Shown here: in pieces, positions 62,301 through 64,000 of the stretch
How the letters are laid out: every line of letters starts with the position of its first letter
How positions within the stretch are numbered: the first letter of the stretch is position 1
The notes under the pieces: generated by a model
What the model was told of the DNA's origin: nothing
Database searches by the model: none
Seen by the model: only the letters and a program-made list of their open reading frames with translations
Program-made: the position numbers and the translations under genes
Source: Podarcis pityusensis
Taxonomy: Eukaryota
NCBI GenBank assembly: GCA_964106645.2
Contig: OZ067042.1
Strand: one strand, 5' to 3'
Length of the DNA: 64,000 bases

Positions 62301-64000
62301 ATCAAGTTCTGAGGCTGTACATATGCATAGATCCCATCTTGCAGGGGAACCCAAGTTCTCTTGGGAGCAGTGTGCTGCTTCTTGTGCTGCTGAACTCATG
62401 TGCTGGAGGCACTGTGGCATCACTGCACTATGGCCATGCCCTCAGATCAGCTGGCATGGAATGCCTCCCTCTGTTCTCTGGCTGGTGTGAGTGCATAGCA
62501 TCTGCCATGCCCTGGGATTGGTGGGCAATGCTGGCGTTGCCAAGGATGCATTTCTGAGACATTTACATTTTTTATTCGCAAGTGCTTTCTCTTTCTATAC
62601 TGGACTGAGCACGTGTTGGATAGGGCAGTTGTTCTGCCGGTGTAGCGGCAGCTTATCCCTGGCCCCAGTGTAACTGCAGTAGAGGATTGCTTTGCCCATT
62701 TTCAGACAGTTATTTAAAATTCCACAAATGTTGGATTCAGACAAAATGCATATTGGGTTACGAATTTATGCTGGGTAGAAAGACATTTTTGCTAACACTT
62801 TCAGTACATATATAACAGGGGAAAGCTCCAGCTATTGAATTCCTGCCTTGGTTGTTAAAGGCACTGGAACATGCTAGAAAGAAAAAAAGGTAAACATCCT
62901 GTCCCAAAAAGGATGTATCCAAAGTATATTTCTGCTAGGGTCTTTTGGCCCTTTCTGCTGTAGGCTCAAATGTAAATTTAAATATTTGGACTATCAAAAT
63001 GTCATTTTCAGTATTTGGACTGTATAATGTCAATTTCAGTATCTAGACTTGTAAATGTCTTATTGCATGTGCTCTGACACCCTTGGCAATGCTAGCAAAG
63101 GCACCAAAAGCACCAGCATCAGCAAAAGCACAGGGTGGAAAAAGTCTATATGGGTGAGAACAGGGAATAAATCCCATATGGGTGACAGCAGGGTTTGCTG
63201 CTGTCTTGATTAAAATATGTTCTTTTTTAGTGATAATGGGTTCATGGAATTGCCATGCAAGCAACTGCTGCCTTTGATTTATCCAACAAAACTATGAAGA
63301 AATGTTTCTGTGAAGACCGTCTGGCATAAATTTTAAATTAGGGACAATGATATCAGTTTTGCAATTAGACTTCATGATGTAAATCCAAGTCAGCTCCCCT
63401 TTGAGAAAAATGGCTGCAAAACAGGCACTAGGGAGAAGATTAATCTGTTCTCCAAGTGCTTTAGTGCACTAGGCCTTTATTCTTATTTTCAAAATGCAGC
63501 AGCAGCTGCATCTAGTGGACAATCTGGATAACAACACACATTGGTAGGGGCTGATGGGAATTTCAGTCCTGTGATATCTGGAGTTCAGTTTAGTTCCCAA
63601 CATTTCTACATCAGTTTGCAATTCTTATTTTTTTAAAAAAAATGTCAGCATTTTAGTGCATATTTATCCTAATAGGCTTTTTTTGGTATGTGATTTTTGC
63701 AAGGAATTTCCCCTAATATAATATATTTTTATATTATTGTGTGTTTACGGGGGGTGGTCAGTCTGTATGAGGCCCGAGTCCCTTCTAATCCCCTGCATCC
63801 AGAAAACATTTCTATACATGAAAAAATTGCCACTAGCATGTCCTCAATAGTGCCTATGATATCACTAGTGACACAACCCCACCTCCCCATTCCATGGCAG
63901 ACATGTGTATACTATGGATTGCAGAAAAGGTACCATTCCATCAGTTATATAGAGACTGGTTTTCCATATAATGCAAAATGAAAACGAAGACTCACCAGTT
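22305..64000 (-). CDS. COL17A1: collagen alpha-1(XVII) chain (BP180); spliced, 5' exons lie beyond the window end
   Basis: 39 phase-1 exons with GT-AG boundaries; internal exon lengths are multiples of 3. They encode the endodomain motif [32 protein letters not shown], the TM segment [30 protein letters not shown]16[16 protein letters not shown], interrupted Gly-X-Y domains and the C-terminus [12 protein letters not shown]. Confidence 0.97.
22997..23068 (-). CDS. COL17A1: COL17A1 exon (72 nt)
   Basis: [23 protein letters not shown]. Confidence 0.92.
24650..24942 (+). mobile_element. CR1 LINE 3' fragment
   Basis: ORF2 C-terminal remnant [14 protein letters not shown]; ends in ATTCTATGA. Confidence 0.8.
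25540..25577. repeat. (AC)n microsatellite
   Basis: about 19 units. Confidence 0.95.
25901..25963 (-). CDS. COL17A1: COL17A1 exon (63 nt)
   Basis: [20 protein letters not shown]. Confidence 0.92.
26707..26847 (-). CDS. COL17A1: COL17A1 exon (141 nt)
   Basis: [46 protein letters not shown]; includes an N-glycosylation sequon (NIT). Confidence 0.94.
27602..27641. repeat. (AC)n microsatellite
   Basis: about 20 units, 60 nt from a COL17A1 donor site. Confidence 0.95.
27701..28267 (-). CDS. COL17A1: COL17A1 large Gly/Ser-rich NC4 exon (567 nt)
   Basis: [18 protein letters not shown]...([10 protein letters not shown])n(GAGAGGSY)n...[19 protein letters not shown]. Confidence 0.94.
29143..29286 (-). 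CDS. COL17A1: COL17A1 exon (144 nt)
   Basis: [47 protein letters not shown]. Confidence 0.92.
29836..29937 (-). CDS. COL17A1: COL17A1 exon (102 nt; alternative in-frame acceptor 6 nt downstream is possible)
   Basis: [33 protein letters not shown]. Confidence 0.9.
30259..30697 (-). mobile_element. tRNA-derived squamate SINE (Squam3-like), interrupted by an AT-rich LINE-tail fragment at about 30315-30565
   Basis: B-box-like GGGATTGAACC and A-box-like ACTGAGCTAC on +; tail GAAGCTGCCTTATACAGAGTCAGACCATTGGTCCAT. Confidence 0.6.
31725..31862 (-). CDS. COL17A1: COL17A1 exon (138 nt)
   Basis: [45 protein letters not shown]. Confidence 0.92.
31951..32076 (-). CDS. COL17A1: COL17A1 exon (126 nt)
   Basis: [41 protein letters not shown]. 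Confidence 0.92.
32734..32856 (-). CDS. COL17A1: COL17A1 exon (123 nt)
   Basis: [40 protein letters not shown]. Confidence 0.92.
33256..33297 (-). CDS. COL17A1: COL17A1 exon (42 nt)
   Basis: [13 protein letters not shown]. Confidence 0.88.
33982..34047 (-). CDS. COL17A1: COL17A1 exon (66 nt)
   Basis: [21 protein letters not shown]. Confidence 0.9.
34550..34591 (-). CDS. COL17A1: COL17A1 exon (42 nt)
   Basis: [13 protein letters not shown]. Confidence 0.88.
35535..35576 (-). CDS. COL17A1: COL17A1 exon (42 nt)
   Basis: [13 protein letters not shown]. Confidence 0.9.
36509..36562 (-). CDS. COL17A1: COL17A1 exon (54 nt)
   Basis: [17 protein letters not shown]. Confidence 0.9.
36901..36950. 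repeat. (AAG)n microsatellite
   Basis: about 16 perfect units. Confidence 0.95.
37979..38062 (-). CDS. COL17A1: COL17A1 exon (84 nt)
   Basis: [27 protein letters not shown]. Confidence 0.88.
38854..39084. mobile_element. Tigger-like MITE, opposite orientation to the 6145 and 19846 copies
   Basis: TA|CAGTGGTACCTCGGGTTA...TAACCTGAGGTACCACTG|TA. Confidence 0.9.
39569..39938 (+). repeat. 5' LTR
   Basis: TGTTATG...TATTTCA; 40-bp tandem units with ATTGG; TATATAAA at about 39837-39844; AATAAA at 39896-39901. Confidence 0.96.
39940..39957 (+). promoter_or_regulatory. primer-binding site complementary to the tRNA-Ser(GCT) 3' end
   Basis: TGGCGACGAGGGTGGGAT, 1 nt after the LTR; reverse complement of ...ATCCCACCCTCGTCGCCA. 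Confidence 0.85.
40064..44140 (+). CDS. Gypsy gag-pol polyprotein (gag with two Zn knuckles, aspartic protease, RT, RNase H, integrase), 1358 aa, uninterrupted
   Basis: Zn knuckles [13 protein letters not shown] and [14 protein letters not shown]; protease LDTG; RT LDLAQAY and FFDD; RNase H CDAS, DKEGLA and TDHKPL; integrase HETH..CQAC, VDFAG, SDNG and NGQAER. PR-RT-RH-IN order identifies Ty3/Gypsy. Confidence 0.97.
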   Translation: MAANSSFSPFNPASGDWEAYASRFTFLLEAKGVTDEEDAKKRAIFFSVCGEETFEIARALLAPEDVATVPYKTIMEQLKGHFSPQPSVVARRNAFYAKRQAPGETITGFVTSLRQAARFCNFSELENMLRDRLVGGLKDEKLQRRLYAKKDLTFQVALEEALATEAAERSTQEARPSLPSQPRVHHEDLTDDSGSDREEVHRVQQRTQAAHRPQLPRREGGNCASCGESHERRTCRFRNAECRQCRKSGHIARVCRARPTRHQASDDQSKSPRSRGPTHQGNSTELTDFQVYQLPHPNVEKIYVEVQIEGAPCRMELDTGSTLSIISARTLRKLCPTGGPKLRPAPFTLRDFQKRKVPTMGVGTFRVQYRGRTRQLDLLVVKGPYISLLGLAWFGPLGLAVTGVNHTSLQVDVDAICKEFPGVFDGKLGQYTGPPIALQLDPAVRPVRLKARRVPFALKPRIDEELDRLVEQGVLEPVPNAPWETPIVTPVKPNGSVRICADYKCTINKALTAHAYPVPVVSHVLATLAGSKIFGKLDLAQAYQQLPVDEATAEAQTIVTHRGAFRVKRLQFGVSVAPGIFQNIMDSLLKGIPGVTPFFDDVLIAGPTPEEFEDRLRTVLHRFQTAGLKVKREKCLLGVPQVDFLGFMVDAEGVHPTGDKVRAICDAPAPKSKTELQAFLGLLNFYHSFLPHKAAVAEPLHRLLDKRAPWVWGQRQEAAFQAVKDLLVSNSVLAHFDERLPVVLACDASPYGIGAVLGHQLPDGREVPVAYFSQTLNTTERNYSQIDKEGLAIVKGVKKFHDFLYGRPFTVVTDHKPLLGLFAPEKQTPQVLSPRVLRWSIFLASYQYALIHRPGKAMGHADALSRLPLPETGPDPAPAQEVMSLELLPDRPIQAQEVAHHSKKDRVISRVLDWVWRGWPSSSPGPEFAGYTTRKHELSAHKGCLLWGSRVVVPQPLCKRVLTALHETHPGVVRMKALARSYVWWPGIDGEIEAWVKHCQACQESRPDPPRAPVQSWESARAPWSRLHVDFAGPFQGKTFFIVVDSYTKWLEVALVPSTSTSAAIRVLRRLFATHGLPDTLVSDNGTAFTSGEFQTFTAQNAIRHIRSAPFHPATNGQAERMVRTTKDTLRRMTQGDWEYRLATFLLAQHSTPSSTTGRSPAELLMGRRLAIRLDRLHPDRAQDEVVVGEGRNPRTFEAQDPVYAKNFGAGPAWVPATITRVTGPVSYEVLTDGGQCWRRHCDQIRRRFPGENQEEDRSEESQGNSGAVRPIEQEGPAGEAESVNTERTREAERTPEPEPRLSEPVAPDQTAASQPASLEHEPEPGARTREHPRPQRTRRPPAYLEDYECDLPGRTGT
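44139..44150 (+). promoter_or_regulatory. polypurine tract
   Basis: AGAGGGGAGGGG directly before the 3' LTR, overlapping the pol stop codon. Confidence 0.9.
44151..44520 (+). repeat. 3' LTR
   Basis: No difference from the 5' LTR seen by eye; the ORF track gives the same 84-aa translation in both LTRs at an offset of 4582. Confidence 0.96.
44814..44849 (-). CDS. COL17A1: COL17A1 exon (36 nt), immediately 5' of the Gypsy-containing intron
   Basis: [11 protein letters not shown]; aag/gtaata. Confidence 0.9.
46071..46151 (-). CDS. COL17A1: COL17A1 exon (81 nt)
   Basis: [26 protein letters not shown]. Confidence 0.92.
46263..46298 (-). CDS. COL17A1: COL17A1 exon, end of COL15 (36 nt)
   Basis: [11 protein letters not shown]. 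Confidence 0.9.
47205..47240 (-). CDS. COL17A1: COL17A1 COL15 exon (36 nt)
   Basis: [11 protein letters not shown]. Confidence 0.9.
47571..47635 (-). mobile_element. Bov-B (RTE) LINE 3' tip
   Basis: (TTG)n followed by TTTAGTCGTGTCCAACTCTTCGTGACCCCATGGACC. Confidence 0.75.
47660..48091 (+). mobile_element. CR1 LINE 3' fragment
   Basis: Decayed ORF2 end, homologous to 24650-24942; ends CAACTCTACAATTCTATGA. Confidence 0.8.
48406..48735 (-). mobile_element. Sauria SINE with a 13-bp TSD and a duplicated 5' end
   Basis: TSD TTTTCAGTGTTTA at 48393-48405 and 48736-48748; AAAGGT tail; CpG-rich. Confidence 0.92.
48793..48819 (-). CDS. COL17A1: COL17A1 COL15 exon (27 nt)
   Basis: LTGLQGPP. Confidence 0.88.
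49492..49563 (-). CDS. COL17A1: COL17A1 COL15 exon (72 nt)
   Basis: [23 protein letters not shown]. Confidence 0.92.
49942..49977 (-). CDS. COL17A1: COL17A1 COL15 exon (36 nt)
   Basis: [11 protein letters not shown]. Confidence 0.9.
50568..50594. repeat. (GCA)n microsatellite
   Basis: 9 units, intronic. Confidence 0.9.
51052..51114 (-). CDS. COL17A1: COL17A1 COL15 exon (63 nt)
   Basis: [20 protein letters not shown]. Confidence 0.92.
   Translation of the reverse strand: MNQVPEDYLGLQVKQELKDQ
51567..51602 (-). CDS. COL17A1: COL17A1 COL15 exon (36 nt)
   Basis: [11 protein letters not shown]. Confidence 0.92.
51774..51809 (-). CDS. COL17A1: COL17A1 COL15 exon (36 nt)
   Basis: [11 protein letters not shown]. 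Confidence 0.9.
52049..52140. repeat. 35-bp minisatellite, about 2.6 copies
   Basis: unit AAATGATATCCAAAGGCCTTTTCCCAATGATATCC. Confidence 0.9.
52460..52513 (-). CDS. COL17A1: COL17A1 COL15 exon (54 nt)
   Basis: [17 protein letters not shown]. Confidence 0.92.
52742..52777 (-). CDS. COL17A1: COL17A1 COL15 exon (36 nt)
   Basis: [11 protein letters not shown]. Confidence 0.9.
53351..53413 (-). CDS. COL17A1: COL17A1 COL15 exon (63 nt)
   Basis: [20 protein letters not shown]. Confidence 0.92.
54545..54649 (-). CDS. COL17A1: COL17A1 COL15 exon (105 nt)
   Basis: [34 protein letters not shown]. Confidence 0.94.
54998..55051 (-). CDS. COL17A1: COL17A1 COL15 exon (54 nt)
   Basis: [17 protein letters not shown]. 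Confidence 0.92.
56066..56083 (-). CDS. COL17A1: COL17A1 18-nt microexon
   Basis: cttag|GCGATATGGGCACCCCAG|gtgagt; (G)DMGTP(G). Confidence 0.82.
56790..56819 (-). CDS. COL17A1: COL17A1 exon, start of COL15 (30 nt)
   Basis: YFQGEPGQK; cag/gtaccc. Confidence 0.88.
57514..57708 (-). CDS. COL17A1: COL17A1 NC16A exon (195 nt)
   Basis: [20 protein letters not shown]...[18 protein letters not shown]; cag/gtgagg. Confidence 0.93.
58360..58417 (+). pseudogene. tRNA-Lys(CTT)-derived fragment (SINE head or pseudogene)
   Basis: TCAGATGGTAGAGCATCAGACTCTTAATCTCAGGGTTGTGGGTTCAAGCCCCATGTT; no acceptor stem. Confidence 0.7.
58922..59071 (-). CDS. COL17A1: COL17A1 transmembrane exon (150 nt)
   Basis: [49 protein letters not shown]; tag/gtaagt. 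Confidence 0.95.
59293..59323. repeat. (TA)n microsatellite
   Basis: about 15 units. Confidence 0.9.
60293..60337 (-). CDS. COL17A1: COL17A1 endodomain exon (45 nt)
   Basis: [14 protein letters not shown]; tag/gtgagt. Confidence 0.88.
60995..61084 (-). CDS. COL17A1: COL17A1 endodomain exon (90 nt)
   Basis: [29 protein letters not shown]; acag/gtaaac. Confidence 0.9.
61794..61958 (-). CDS. COL17A1: COL17A1 endodomain exon (165 nt)
   Basis: [54 protein letters not shown]; ccag/gtttgt. Confidence 0.9.
63996..64000 (-). CDS. COL17A1: COL17A1 exon, 3' end only (truncated by the window)
   Basis: AACTG|gtgagt donor at the window edge; phase compatible with the next exon. Confidence 0.55.

Noticed and set aside
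62984-63045. Short ~29-bp direct duplication (also an 18-bp one at about 44880-44914)
   Set aside because: Ordinary local slippage duplications with no functional signal
1-64000. The many 60-200 aa ORFs in the six-frame track
   Set aside because: Apart from the gag-pol, they are exon read-throughs into introns, antisense shadows of Gly-Pro codons, repeat translations or chance ORFs, many with non-ATG starts

Overview
This is vertebrate genomic DNA, most likely from a lacertid or other squamate lizard; that is inferred from the Sauria SINEs, Bov-B, CR1 and squamate-type MITEs. It holds two convergent, multi-exon genes in the order known from other amniotes. On the + strand is the 3' part of SLK (STE20-like kinase): 8 coiled-coil-region exons at 220-14810, including the 93-nt alternative exon, plus a candidate extra 72-nt cassette exon at 4696-4767. 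On the - strand is most of COL17A1 (collagen XVII/BP180): 38 complete exons and one partial exon, from 64000 down to the stop at 22305, covering the end of the endodomain, the TM helix, NC16A, COL15 and the C-terminus. A complete and apparently very young Ty3/Gypsy (Mag-like) LTR retrotransposon sits antisense in a COL17A1 intron at 39569-44520. It has identical 370-bp LTRs, a CACAG target-site duplication, a tRNA-Ser PBS and an intact 1358-aa gag-pol. Introns are full of MITEs, SINEs and LINE fragments, several of them nested. Most short ORFs in the supplied track are spurious. I found no new multi-gene system. The most interesting signals are the candidate SLK exon, the intact retrotransposon and its possible effect on COL17A1, the expanded Gly/Ala/Ser/Tyr repeat and reduced exon set of COL17A1, and a 1.1-kb element with long inverted termini between the two genes. 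Comparisons with human proteins are from memory and need an alignment to confirm.
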